Of a stretch of DNA of 64,000 bases, positions 10,901-21,444 are shown piece by piece; position 1 is the stretch's first letter, and each line of letters begins with the position of its first letter. The notes beneath the pieces are model-generated. The model saw nothing but the letters and a program-made list of their open reading frames with translations, made no database searches and had not been told where the DNA came from. The stretch is taken from assembly GCF_000142905.1 (NCBI RefSeq), contig NW_013657675.1, positions 496,001-560,000 on the forward strand, given 5' to 3'. The position numbers and the translations under genes were made by a program. The stretch comes from Thecamonas trahens ATCC 50062 (Eukaryota > Protista > Apusomonadida).

Positions 10901-11117
10901 CGATCGGTGTCAACCTCGCGGTCGCGGTCGAACTCATTCATTCAACACCGACCGCGTCAGGCCTCGCAGTGCGAGCCGTGGATTCCCGAGTCAACTCCCA
11001 TGGCACATTTTGTCCAGGCCTCGTCCGAGGATGACGGGGAAGATGGTTTGTTCACGTGTAAGGAAGAGTCACTTGAGGATGTGCGCGAGTGCTCTCGCCT
11101 CCCTCGTCGCATGCTGA
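7938..11117 (+). CDS. Large uncharacterised cytosolic protein with ankyrin-like helical repeats; probably the 5' part of one gene continuing to 12973
   Basis: Long open frame with ATG 7938 after a polypyrimidine tract and AG. Ankyrin-like GKTLLEAACSRG and LALELCARSGNTPSLRVVV. The sequence becomes Arg-rich and off-frame-like after about 10860. Confidence 0.6.
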   Translation: MEEIVLSPRLELLSRGTSHPGCVISTRWRASVALPKNLEAVTLPDSHCIYITKDGTRFEVEGMRVAVRPDSLVMSKGFIDVVDIRRTLRLSRAPLQGIIFHFDALVAPGIRVVTQSSPYALFTNTASANRYIASLTPEELEVRRAAAQSEAAADAAQRSAAGTGKARLTTSTSSRALRGEPSTPSGHNDRLPQIGLAVDDGPEQVTPPPHSPGTSPPTSKEMGVRPSGNFGAGPSIASGDEMLASMAESKLSIVPTSLIDEGQHSLLVVLDADLRNSSFETADWHMWQGNLAAFANENALLVALSTALCTNTPFAPIRLKVFSKDFNSWVLVSSMAASSTRPGMPPNFAVLDRARILIVTAYVGPGLSGVQSPSPPAPPSPAPPPPPLNALALLEGLELSQGDASQLDVSQWESMPLTVVPNFSQHESGLTSALLNSLASGRMPREAPNQDPDALELAVVEVLPTLATLDASGKSLIGWSMKVKAMRISAALVGPLAITSVVDSVTLVFGSRRFDVSADSNAATMVRGGPLNIALVLSQDVVLEQAEHFAETLTPSHASSSGKPMLFPPPVAACIPFYVEVAVVVANRSSLGEHFTQRCVRSEPRIFTLYGRLWGQLHMPSPGDKRSRFSDDSDGSDGSNDGSRRSRKSSKSSKYFRAPLHNTSHDDSAAASSMAGGSFGGSNSSPGSSWASGTGYRFSFDYGLGGAATALPLRHVHLGQLVWLATAATPPNVESQTMLDALAPQHWTLPALVDAVVTLIRSGGAPAAYALLARSGSASAAITARGLVTGKTLLEAACSRGVEPKVLAALIALASAEAHTALGPPVARFLGLALELCARSGNTPSLRVVVNTAVSLGVDMVDVDPEAALDAAHSTFVYCYLWLAVHARDGIGASDSATLEFLVKWRNESELAAYDHQPICNTLSSYSSTCSDGIELIDLGVDTVVCGSLASRSTLALPAQSLPHSGVLRLGVVARGTAKTRSAIARGRDRCQPRGRGRTHSFNTDRVRPRSASRGFPSQLPWHILSRPRPRMTGKMVCSRVRKSHLRMCASALASLVAC

Positions 11118-12973
11118 TTTTGCTTATTCTTGGCGCTGTCCTTGCGCTTGGCCTTCTCACCGCCGCTGCCTTTATTACCGGCATTATGGTTGGCGGCTCG
11201 CTGCAGCAAGCCGCCACTGCGCCGCTGCGTAGCTCACTCGCTGCCGCCAGCTTGGCATCGAACATCACGACTAGTCCGCACCCGAATGGGACCCATGCGA
11301 CTGTCGCGACACGAAGCCATGGCGACAGTGGGTTTGACCCGTTTGCAGCGAGTGACCATGTACCGGTCAACGCAGCGCGCAAAGCGTACGCCATCGACCG
11401 GATTCGGGCACGTGGACGGATTGTGTGCGGATTTACGTTTGACCCGACGCAATCGGTGGCCAACGGGACGATGTACGACCATCCTTACGCCGCTTCACCA
11501 GGCCCGCTCATGGTGAGCAACCCAGCCGAGCTGCTTGCGGCCGAGGTTCCTTTCTCAGGTGTCACCCACGTGGGCGGTCTCCGGGTCTGCCGCGGCCTCG
11601 CTGCGCTGATTCTTGGTGACGCCAAGGCCATCGAAGTGGTCGACGCAGCCCACCCCGAGCCTGATGTAGTGTTTGGCTCGCTTGACCTGCTTCCGTACGC
11701 GCCATCGATGGTCCACGCCTCACCGCCAATGTTCCTCGATGCCATCGGCCTGCTCATCCGGTGTACGAACGCAGGCACTTGCCGCGAATCGGTGCTGAAG
11801 TCGGTGTCGCATTGGGATGACCGTGTGTGTGTGACGGCAGAACACGAGCATCTCGTCGAGACGTATCTCCCCTTTGTGAAGACCAATGACGTTGTTGTTG
11901 TCGACAGCGTGGTTGCCGGCGTTCTTCTTCTCGAGGACAAGTCTGAAGTGTGCCGATCCATCATCGGTCCAGTCTCAACCATGACTGGCACGCTCTCGGC
12001 GGCGGTAGAAGGCAGCTTGTACCGGTTTGGCCACTCTGCTCTCTTTCCCGATGACTCGACGCCAGTTGTCATGTCGGAGCACTTCAAGTTTGGCTGGCCG
12101 CTTTTATCATTGCAGGTTGTTCCGTATGCAGCGTACTCGGTGTTCCCGGCCGACACGCGGTGGTCACAGCTCCTCGATAGTGTCGTCTCGGTCTTGCACC
12201 GCGCCGGAGCTCGCGGCATCGAGCTGAGCTCGTCGACGTGCAACCTGTGTGGGTCCGGAGTCTGCGTCTGCGATCCGTCATCCCCGGCCGAGAACGCGGT
12301 GCCAATGTGGGAAGAGATCTCCAACACGCAAGGGCTCGACCTCTATACCGACTACGGGTTCTCGGAGCTGGACACGAGAGCGACCGCGATCCTAGTCGAG
12401 GCAATTGGCACGCGCGTCGGGGTGTGGACTGCCGTGTTTGGAAACTCGACGTGGGATATGCTGGCCAATCAGACCAACTCGCTCAACAACGACTGGTCTG
12501 CCGGAGGTGGCATTGGGGTGCCATCGTCGCATGCACGCCCGCCTTCGGCAGCGGTGGTTGCCGATCCGCGGTACCTGCTGGGTCCAGCTGTCGGCAAGCC
12601 GCTGATCGACACGGTACCTCCCCCGCCGCCGCCCCCGGCCCCGGTCGAGGCCGAGGTTGAAGTTACACAGGTCATCGCTGCGTTCCGAACCGAGGTAGCG
12701 ACCGTAGCTGAGCGCGTTGATCGTGAGGCGGAGACCCGTCTCGAGACGCGCAACACCTCTGCAGGAATCTCGCTTGCAGTCGTGCTCACGGTCCTGGTGG
12801 CTGTCGTGGGGCTTGGCGCCGCTGCGGGCTACTCGGCGATGTGGCAGCCGCACCGTGCATCTCGCGGTGACGACGCGTTGCAACCTGCGCCGTTGGCGGA
12901 GTGGACAACGACTGTGATCAACCTTGGCCACAGCCCGAGTGAGGCCGTATCTGCCAGCTCCACTCACTCTTGA
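11000..12973 (+). CDS. Membrane protein with two TM helices flanking a bacterial-type amino-acid solute-binding (AapJ/BztA-like) domain
   Basis: TM1 MLILLILGAVLALGLLTAAAFITGIMVG and TM2 ISLAVVLTVLVAVVGLGAAAGY. Between them lie IDRIRARGRIVCG, CRGLAALILGDAKAIEVV, DTRWSQLLDSVV and SLNNDWSAGG, in the order recalled for AapJ-family proteins. The frame is open from 10772. Confidence 0.65.
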   Translation: MAHFVQASSEDDGEDGLFTCKEESLEDVRECSRLPRRMLILLILGAVLALGLLTAAAFITGIMVGGSLQQAATAPLRSSLAAASLASNITTSPHPNGTHATVATRSHGDSGFDPFAASDHVPVNAARKAYAIDRIRARGRIVCGFTFDPTQSVANGTMYDHPYAASPGPLMVSNPAELLAAEVPFSGVTHVGGLRVCRGLAALILGDAKAIEVVDAAHPEPDVVFGSLDLLPYAPSMVHASPPMFLDAIGLLIRCTNAGTCRESVLKSVSHWDDRVCVTAEHEHLVETYLPFVKTNDVVVVDSVVAGVLLLEDKSEVCRSIIGPVSTMTGTLSAAVEGSLYRFGHSALFPDDSTPVVMSEHFKFGWPLLSLQVVPYAAYSVFPADTRWSQLLDSVVSVLHRAGARGIELSSSTCNLCGSGVCVCDPSSPAENAVPMWEEISNTQGLDLYTDYGFSELDTRATAILVEAIGTRVGVWTAVFGNSTWDMLANQTNSLNNDWSAGGGIGVPSSHARPPSAAVVADPRYLLGPAVGKPLIDTVPPPPPPPAPVEAEVEVTQVIAAFRTEVATVAERVDREAETRLETRNTSAGISLAVVLTVLVAVVGLGAAAGYSAMWQPHRASRGDDALQPAPLAEWTTTVINLGHSPSEAVSASSTHS

Positions 12974-13030
12974 AACAAACTACTGCCACATGTTTGGTTG
13001 CACGAGAACATTGCGAACGCGTTTACGCCA

Positions 13031-16000
13031 CTACGGCTTGCCTGAAAAGTTGACGCGGAGCTTGGGCACATCCATGGGAGCAACGCCGTCATCGTCCAAG
13101 TCCGAGTCGTGGTCCGAGATCTCTGAGAGGTCATCCGAGTCAAAGTCGTCCGAGTCGTCATCGTCATCCTCCGAGTCGAGGTCCGAGTCGAGGTCCGAGT
13201 CGTCGCCCGAGTCGTCGGCGTCGTCATCGATGATGTCGTCGGCGTCGTCGTCGGCGACGTCGCCCTCTGCAGTCGAGGCCTCGTAGGTGTTGTCGTACAC
13301 GACGTCGGTGTCAGGGACCGAGTCGGCGCCGGCAGGATCACGCATGGCGTAGCTGGCGAGCGATTCGACGCCCGGCAGGGCCTGGAGGAGCGAGATGACG
13401 GTGGGGTCCGAGAAGCCAAAGTAGACCGGGCCAGAGATCGAGTTGGAGAGGGTGCGGCCGGTGCCCTGGTACTTGACGTGGTTGACTGCGGCGAGCATGG
13501 CGCCCCAGGCGCCCGATGCCGAGTCTGCGGTGATGGCGAGCTCGGGCTTGTCGGACGGGGTGACGACAAAGCGCGGGCCGGTGCCGCCATCGACGACTTC
13601 CGAGTAATACGGGACGCGGCGTGAGGTGTCGTTGAGCGAGGGGAACAGGCGCGACGACTTGTAGCCGACGGGCCAGATGTAGCTCGACGAGTGGAAGGCC
13701 GAGCGGTCGGTGACGACCGAGCCGAGCGAGTGAACAGTGAGCGAGCCGAGCGAGACGGGGAGGATGGGATAGCCTGCGGCGTCGCGCGGGACGGGACGGA
13801 CCGCGCCTGCAGCGCGGCGCGAGCCACCGACGGGGCGCTTGCGCTTGCGAGCGCGCTTCCGCTTGGGCTTGGGCTTGAATCGGAAGACGAGCCAGAGTCC
13901 AGCCTCGTTGGAGGCGACCTCGGAGGCGGCTGCGGCGAAGCACTCCTTGTACTCGTTGGCGATGCGGGCCGAGGCCTCTGCCGGCGGCTCGTCGTCGGGG
14001 CCGGCCGAGGCGGCGACAAACGCGTCTGAAGGTGCGCCCTGCACCTCGGGAGCGGGCGGGCGGAAGCCGACGGTCTTCTGTGACTTTGTGGTGTCGACAA
14101 AGTAGCAGAAGAAACGGCGGAGCTTCTTGCGGCGGGTGGCGGCCGAGAGGCCTTGTGAGCGCTTGGAGACCATGTTGCTCTCGTGCTGCACAATGAGGCG
14201 CTCGCGCTCGGCCTTGGGCTTGGCGAGCATCGACTTGAAGAGCTTGACGCGGAGAGTGACAATCTTGTCGCGCACAAAGGGGAAGCGCTTGCCGGAGAGG
14301 TTGAGGATGGTGGGGAGCTGGGCCGAGGGCAGGTCCGACGGCCACTTGGCGACGAGCGAGGCGAGGTCGGGCGCAGCGTAGAGGATGGAGCCATCGGTGT
14401 CGACGCCGATCATGGTGTTCTCCATCTTGCCGTTGGCCACGTCCTCGATGCCCTGGTAAAACGCGGTCTTGAGGGCGAGGAACGGAAGGTCCGGGTCGTT
14501 GGTCATGGCCGACCAGTGGCCAAATCCGTGCTTGCAAACGCCTTCAAGCATGGGCTTGTCGTGCAGCGCAGGGTTCCACCAGCCAGGCATGGCCGTCGAG
14601 CGGTAGATGATGTTGAGAAAGTCCTCGAGTTGCGGGTGTTGCAGAATCTCGATGCGGATGGTGCGGAAGAACTCGATGCGCTCGAGGAGCTTCGAGGCGG
14701 CGGCCACAGAAGGCGTGGGCACCGGCTTGGACGAGCCGTCGAGGATGACCGGGATCTTGAGGGTGACCAGGTCGTCCTCGGTGAGCTCGCGCTTGGCGCG
14801 GACAGTGGCGCGGGCCTGACGGAGGTAGATGCCGACAAACCGCTTCACGTCGTCCGAGTTCTTTTCCGGCGAGAGCTCCTTGATGCCTGCGAGCTCAAAG
14901 AGCGAGTCCCAGTCGACCTCGTTCTGGATGTTCATGGCGGTCGAGTCGAGACGGAGATCGTACAGGAACGGTGTCGTGTCGTACTCGTCGCCGGCGCCGT
15001 CCTCGGAGAGGCCCGCCGACGTCAGCTGCTCGGCGAGGCCGGGGAAGGCCGCCGCCATGCCGCGCTCGTGCTCGGTCGTGGGCATGTTCTCGGCCTTACG
15101 CTTGGCCTCCATCAGCCGCTCGCGCTCCTCCTGCATGTTGCGGATCTGCTCCTCGGTCCCGTGCATGACATGGAGCGGGAGGCCAAAGCGGTGGAGAGCC
15201 TTGACGAGCGCGTTGCGGGTCTGCCGACGCCACGAGCGCTTGCGGCGGCGACGGTCCTCCTCCTCCTTGGCCGCCTTTTCGGCAACGAGCATGCGTGAGG
15301 TCTGCTCGGCGCCGCCAGCCTCGACCTTGGCGCGGCGCTCGTCGAGGTACGGCTTGAGAATGCGGTTGAGCCGCTCCGAGAGGACGGACGAGGCCGGGAA
15401 GAGGAACGGCTTCTGGCCCTCGGGCACAGGCGTGACGTAGTTGGACATGACGTCCACCGAGCCGTCGTCCTTGCGCGGAAGGGTGTACTTTGGCGCGTTC
15501 TCGTCGTCGTCGTCGTCACCGGCGGCGTCCTCGCCGGCCTTGCCATTCTCTTCCTCCTCATCCTCCTCGTCCTCCTCGTCCTCGACGTCCTCGCCGGCAG
15601 CAATGCGGGCGGCCTTGGCAGCAGCAGCAGCAGCGGCGCGGGCCTTGGCCTCGAGGCGAGACTTTGTGACGGCCCGGCCCTTCAGCGAGGGCTCGACGTA
15701 GACGCGCGAGTCGAATCCGATTTCCGGGTCGGTGCGGATCTGGTCGTAACGCATGAGGCCGTGCTTGTACGAGCCGTAGAGGAGTGCGCGGTCGTCTTGC
15801 GGCGTCCACCACTTTGCGGGCGGGACGTCAGCCTTGATACGGCCGTCCCAGAGCGAGTCGTAGATCTTGAGCTTCTCCAGCGGGGAGTCGGGGAACGACT
15901 TGACAACCTCTGCAACGAGATGCACCTTGCGGAGGCGGCGGAGGAAGGTCTTGGCCTTGCGCTTGAGGTAGGCGACGTAAGTCGGCTCCTGGAATAGCTT

Positions 16001-19000
16001 GGGAATGGGCATGTGCAGGTACGAGGTCTTGGCGTCCTTGAGCAGCTCGAGGCCAAAGAACTGGACGTCAGGCGAGTCGCAGTAGTCCACAATGAGGCGG
16101 AGGAGGGCGGTGCAGTACTTTTCGATCTCTTCGACCGAGTGGCGGAGCTTCCAGCCCTCCTTCATGTCTGGGAAGCGGGTAAAGCCGATGGCGAGGAGCG
16201 CACTCTGGAGCTTGGCGCGATGTGACTTGCCCCAAGCCACGTTCTCGGAGCTGCGCGAGCCCTTGCCGGACCGCTTACCACCGCGGCCGGTACCAGTGCG
16301 CGAGCCACGGCCACGGCCACGGCCACGGCCGCGCCCACGGCCACGGCCGCGTCCGCGCCCACGCGAGCTCTTGCGGCCGCGCGAGCGCTCGACGCCGTAG
16401 TCTTCGTCGTCCGAGTAGTCGTCGGTCGCAGCATGAATGGCGGCGTTGGAGCGGACCTTGCGGCGGCGGGTGCCCGAGATGATGAGGTCCATGTTAAAGT
16501 CCGAGGCGTTTTTCTCGGGCTCAACAGCGTTGGCCGTGTTGAGCTTGGCCTTTTCGGCAAACTTGGTCCAAAAGTCCGGGTCGTTGATGTCAATGTCGTC
16601 CACGTACTGGTCGTTGTTTGACGAGAACGAGGCCTTGGAGAAGGACGAGAACTCGTCCGAGGTCGACTGGACGACGACGGCACGACGGGAGAGGATCTGG
16701 TCGATGTCTTCTTCGCAAAACTTGGAAGCCTCGTCGTCTTCCTCATCCATGAGGGCGCCGTACGCGCCCTTCTTGAGCAGCCGCTCGACGTCCTCGCGAA
16801 CCGAGACCTCCGAGTTCTTGGAGGCCGACGCGCCGCTTCGGTCGCCCTTCATCTTCATGAGGACGGCCTGATCGAGGCCGAGCTTGCGTGAGGCCTTGTC
16901 GAACATGTCGCGCTCGTACGTGTTGCGGGTAATGAGGCGGTAGACCTTGACCTGCTGGGTCTGGCCGATACGGTGGCAGCGAGCCTGGGCCTGGAGGTCG
17001 TTCTGCGGATTCCAGTCCGAGTCGTAGATGATGACAGTGTCCGCGGCGGTGAGGTTGATGCCGACGCCGCCGGCGCGGGTGCAGAGGATAAAGACAAAGC
17101 GGTCCGAGTCCTTGGCGGAGAAACGGTCGATGGCCTGCTGACGGACCGAGCCGCGGACAGAGCCGTCGAGGCGCTCGTACTTGTAACCCTTGTAGTAGAG
17201 GTAGTCCTCGAGGATGTCGAGGACGCGGGTCATCTGCGAAAAGATGAGGACCTTGTGGCCCGAGGCCTTGAGCTTGGGCAGGAGCTTGTTGATGAGAACC
17301 ATCTTTCCCGAGGCGTTGATGAGGGCCTCGAACTTCTCGTTGATGGTCGAGAGGTTTTCGGTCTCGGACTCTTCGGCGCCCTTGATGAGGTATGGGTGGT
17401 TGCACACCTTGCGGAGCTCCATCATGACGTTGAGCAGGTTCGGCACGTTGGTCGACTTGCCGCCCTTGGTGAGGAACGAAAAGTTGCGCTCCATGACCGC
17501 GCGGTAGTACTTTTTCTGGATGCCGGTGAGCTCGACCTCGATGACGGTCTCCTCCTTGGGCGCGATGTTTTTCTCGACGTCGTTCTTGAGGCGGCGGAGC
17601 ATGAGCGGAGCAAGGAGGGCGTGGAGATGGTCAAGCTGCTCGGGCTTCTCCTCGGGGTGGCCGTAACGATCCATAAAGTCGTCGAGCGAGCGGAAGCGGG
17701 GCGGGTCCAGAAAATACAGCAGCGACCAAAGCTCCTCCATGTTGTTCTGCAGCGGCGTGCCGGTAAGGAGGGTGATGTGCTTGAACTTAAAGTCGGCCAG
17801 GACGGTCATGAGCTTCGAGTTGACGTTCTTGAGACGGTGGGCCTCGTCGACAACGAGGTACTGCCACGGCAGGTCGCGGAGGTACTCGGCATCGGCAATG
17901 ATCATCTCGTAGGTGGTGACCATGACGTTGAACTTGAGGAGCGTCTTGATCGGCTTGCCGTACTCGGTCTTGTAAAAGAACTCGTGCTGGCGGATGTGGG
18001 CGCGGGCGTCGCCGAGCCCGTGGTACACCACGCAGTTCATGTTCGTCCAGCCCTCAAACTCGCGCTGCCAGTGGCGGATGGTGGAGAGCGGGGCGACAAC
18101 AATGAACGGGCCGCGCTGCTTCTGGACCTCGTAGAGGTAGTTGATGGTGGCGGCGACTTGGACAGTCTTTCCAAGGCCCATTTCGTCGGCTAGAATCGCG
18201 TTGGTCCCCTCGTGCCACTTGGCGGAGAGCCAGTTGACGCCCTCGACCTGGTACGAGCGCAGCGTGTTGCCGTTCTTGTACGTCCGCGACTCGCGGTCGG
18301 GGATGAACGGGAGATGGCGTCCGTAGTTGCGCGCAATCTGGAGCTCGAGATGCGACGGCACCTTGCACCGCTCCCAGTACAGCGCAATGGCGTCGGCGTC
18401 ATCGACCTCGTCCTCGTACGCCCACGTCGCCTCTGAGTACGAGAGCTTGCACCACTTGACGAGGAAGATGGTCGAGCGGCGGCCATCGGCCTGGATGACG
18501 GTGTCGTGCGCAATGACGCGCTCGACCTCGGCGTATGCCGGGTCAAAGTACTCGCCCATCGACTTGAGGATCATCTCGTGCTCCTTCTGGTAGAACTTGC
18601 GGAGCCGCGTCTTGCCGTTGCGGAGGGCAATGATTGCTGACTTGGGCACCCACTCGACTTGCCGGTACGACTTGCCCTCGTACTTGACAAGGAACTCCTC
18701 GTCGTCAGGGCCTTCGACGCCGACCGGCGGCGGCGGCGGCGCCTTGAACGGCTTCTCGGGCGACTTGGGCGTCATGCCGGCCCGGATCTGCTGCGTCCGC
18801 AGCGCCTTGAGCTCGGCCTGGAGCTTGTCCGACTGCTGGCGCCGGGCGAGGATGTGCTGGATCCGCGACTCGGCCATCATCGACGACGGCTCGATCGCTG
18901 CGTACTTTTTCGACGCCGTCTTGGCGCCGCGGCCCTTCTTCTTGGACCGCTTGGCCGTTGTCGACTTTTTGCGCCGCCGGGCGGCGCCAAACGACGAGCT

Positions 19001-20441
19001 AGACGAGCTCGAGCTTGAGCTCGAGTCGTCCGACGAGCTGGAGTCGCCAGACGAGCTGGACGAGCCCGACGAAGACTCGGAGAACGAGTCAAAGTACGTC
19101 TTGTACACCTTGCGGGACGAGCGCTGTGCGCGCCCCGTCCGCGAGAACCGCGCGCCTCCTTCTTCCTTCTTGGCAGCAGCAGCGGCGGCAGCGGCAGCCT
19201 TCTTGGCCTTCTTCTTCTTCTTCTTTGTCTTGGACTTCTTCTCTTTTTGCCAGCCGCCGCCGCCGCCGCCAGCGAGCTTGCCAGAATTGGCGCCCGCCCG
19301 GTCGACGACGTCGGCAGGATCGGCTTGGTCTCAAACGACGAGCCGTGCTGGCTCGCTGCAGAGTGGCCGCTTGACGGGATCGGAACCGGAACCGGCGGCG
19401 CCTGGCGCTCGGTCTGCAGTCGCTGAGCCTGCTGCTGCTGGAGTTGGAGCTGGAGCTGAGCCTGGCGCGCCGCGGCTTGGGCACGCTGGGCCTCTTGCGC
19501 CTGCATCTGCGCCTGGAGCTGAGACTGGTACTGGGTTGCATGAGTCTGCTGCGACGATTGCTGCGCCTGCGCCTGCGCCTGTTGCTTCTGGAGGACAAGC
19601 TGCTGCTGATAATGCAAAAGGCGCAGCTGCTGGATCTGCGCCTGAGTCACACCGGGCGTCTGAAGAACTTGCTGGAGTTGGGCCTGCTGCTGGCGGAGGA
19701 GGAGCTGTTGCTGGAGCTGGGCCTGCGCCGACTGCTGGGCCTGCGCCGACTGCTGGGCCTGCGCCGACTGCTGGGCCTGAGCCTGGGCCTGAGCCTGGGC
19801 TTGAGCCTGGGCGAGCTGCTGCTGCTGTTGTTGTTGTTGCTGCTGTTGCTGTTGCTGCTGTTGCTGCTGCGCAAGCTGATACTGCTGCTGTGCGAGCTGC
19901 TGCTGTGCAAGCTGCTGGGCCTGGGCCTGGGCCTGGGCCTGGGCCTGGGCCTGTGCCTGCTGCTCCACCTGAGCCTGAGCCCGAGCCTGCTGCTGGAGGT
20001 AGAGTTGGGCCTGAGCCTGAGCCTGAGCCTGGGCCTGCTGATCAGCCTGAGCCTGGGCCTGCTGCTGAAGGTACTGCTGTGCCTGGGCACGAGCTTGGGC
20101 TTGGGCCTGAGCCTGTGCTTGAGCCTGCGCCTCTGCGATTTGCTGCTGTGCGCGGTGGGCTTGAGCGAGATGGTGAGCATGCTGTTCACTCTGGCCCTGG
20201 AACTGGGAGAGTTGCTGCGACTGGGCCTGGGCCATTTGCTGGGCCTGGGCCGGTGAAATCTGCATGGGAACCGGCTGGCTGTGCGCGGCAGCCGGGGCCG
20301 TGGCCGGGGCCGGCGTCGGCGCCTGTTCCGGCACAGGCGTCGGGACCGGGACTGGGATCGGAGCCGGAGTCGGCGCGCTCATAGGGATTGGAGCTGGAGT
20401 TGGAGCCGGAGCTGACGCCGAAACCGGGACCGGAGTTGGGA

Positions 20442-20472
<31 letters not shown>

Positions 20473-20511
20473 TGGCGTGGGCGCAGAGCCCTGCTGCCCA
20501 TTTGCCGACAT
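13031..20511 (-). CDS. CHD6-9/Kismet-type chromatin remodeller: Q/A-rich N-terminus, tandem chromodomains, SNF2 helicase, C-terminal FYRN/FYRC; 1-nt frame break near 19245
   Basis: [45 protein letters not shown], chromodomain [13 protein letters not shown] and FYR motifs IWPVGY and SGPVYFGF. The Q-rich ORF 18877-20511 joins the main frame by adding one A to the A5 run at 19244-19248. Confidence 0.9.
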
Positions 20512-21444
20512 CACCTACAGACGAGAGGAGGTGCAGCAAGAGAGCGAGAGTGTGAGTGAGGGAGAAGCGGGATGTATGTAAAAAAGAGAGAGTATGTCTT
20601 TCCTTTCCCACACGGTGTATGTATGTATGTATGTATGTATGTATATGTGTGGTGTGATGTGGTGTGTGTGTAGTGTTGTGCGGGGTTGCTGTGCGACCTA
20701 TGCGGGGGCATTCCGGGTGGATGGGGGGGGGGGGTGACACTTGAGGAAGAAGTTGCGGTGACGAACAGCGGGATAAAAGGTAGTGGTGGTAGGCAGCAGC
20801 GAAAGTCAGGGAAGGAAGACGGGAGAGGGGAGGGGAGGGGGCAGGGGAGGGGATGAGGAGGTGGAAGACAGGCAGGAAGGGGTACGGGAAGAGGCAAAGG
20901 GGACTCAAGGCACACGACATAACAAGGGTAGGGATGAAGGTGTCTGCAAAAATGTCGCTGTCTTGGTCATGGATAGCGGCTGTGTACCGACGGGTCGCCC
21001 ATTGCGGTTTTTTGCCCAGGGGGGGCTTGAGCCCGGGGATGAGGAGGAGCTGGTTGGGGAGAGGCGGGGAAGGGGGCAACCTGCGAGAGGGGGGGGGGAA
21101 GAGGCAGAACAGGCACCGGCGAGGGAGGCCGTGAAAATCATGGATACACTTACTCTGCTACGCTACACAAAGGTCTTGGGCCTTTCCAAGACTCTCGGGC
21201 TGCGTGCGTCGGGTGCTGCGTCCCAACGCCCAATTTGCGGCTGGACGCCCACTGACCAAGTGGTGGTGGGGACGCTCGTTCGCTATCCACTGCCACCGTC
21301 AGTTGCCGGCGTACGATTCTACCCCCCACGGCCCCACGATCGAGGCTGGCATGGGTGCAAACCGCAGCGACGTTTTTTTAGGGGGGCCATCATGGCGACA
21401 AGAGGGGAGGGGGCATCGCTTGATTGGGTGCTTGTGGGCTTCGG

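Noticed and set aside
21144-21300. U1/U5 snRNA-like snippets (ACACTTAC, GCCTTTC, AATTTGCGG)
   Set aside because: The invariant motifs (ATACTTACCTG, GCCTTTTAC, ATTGCAC) are not matched.
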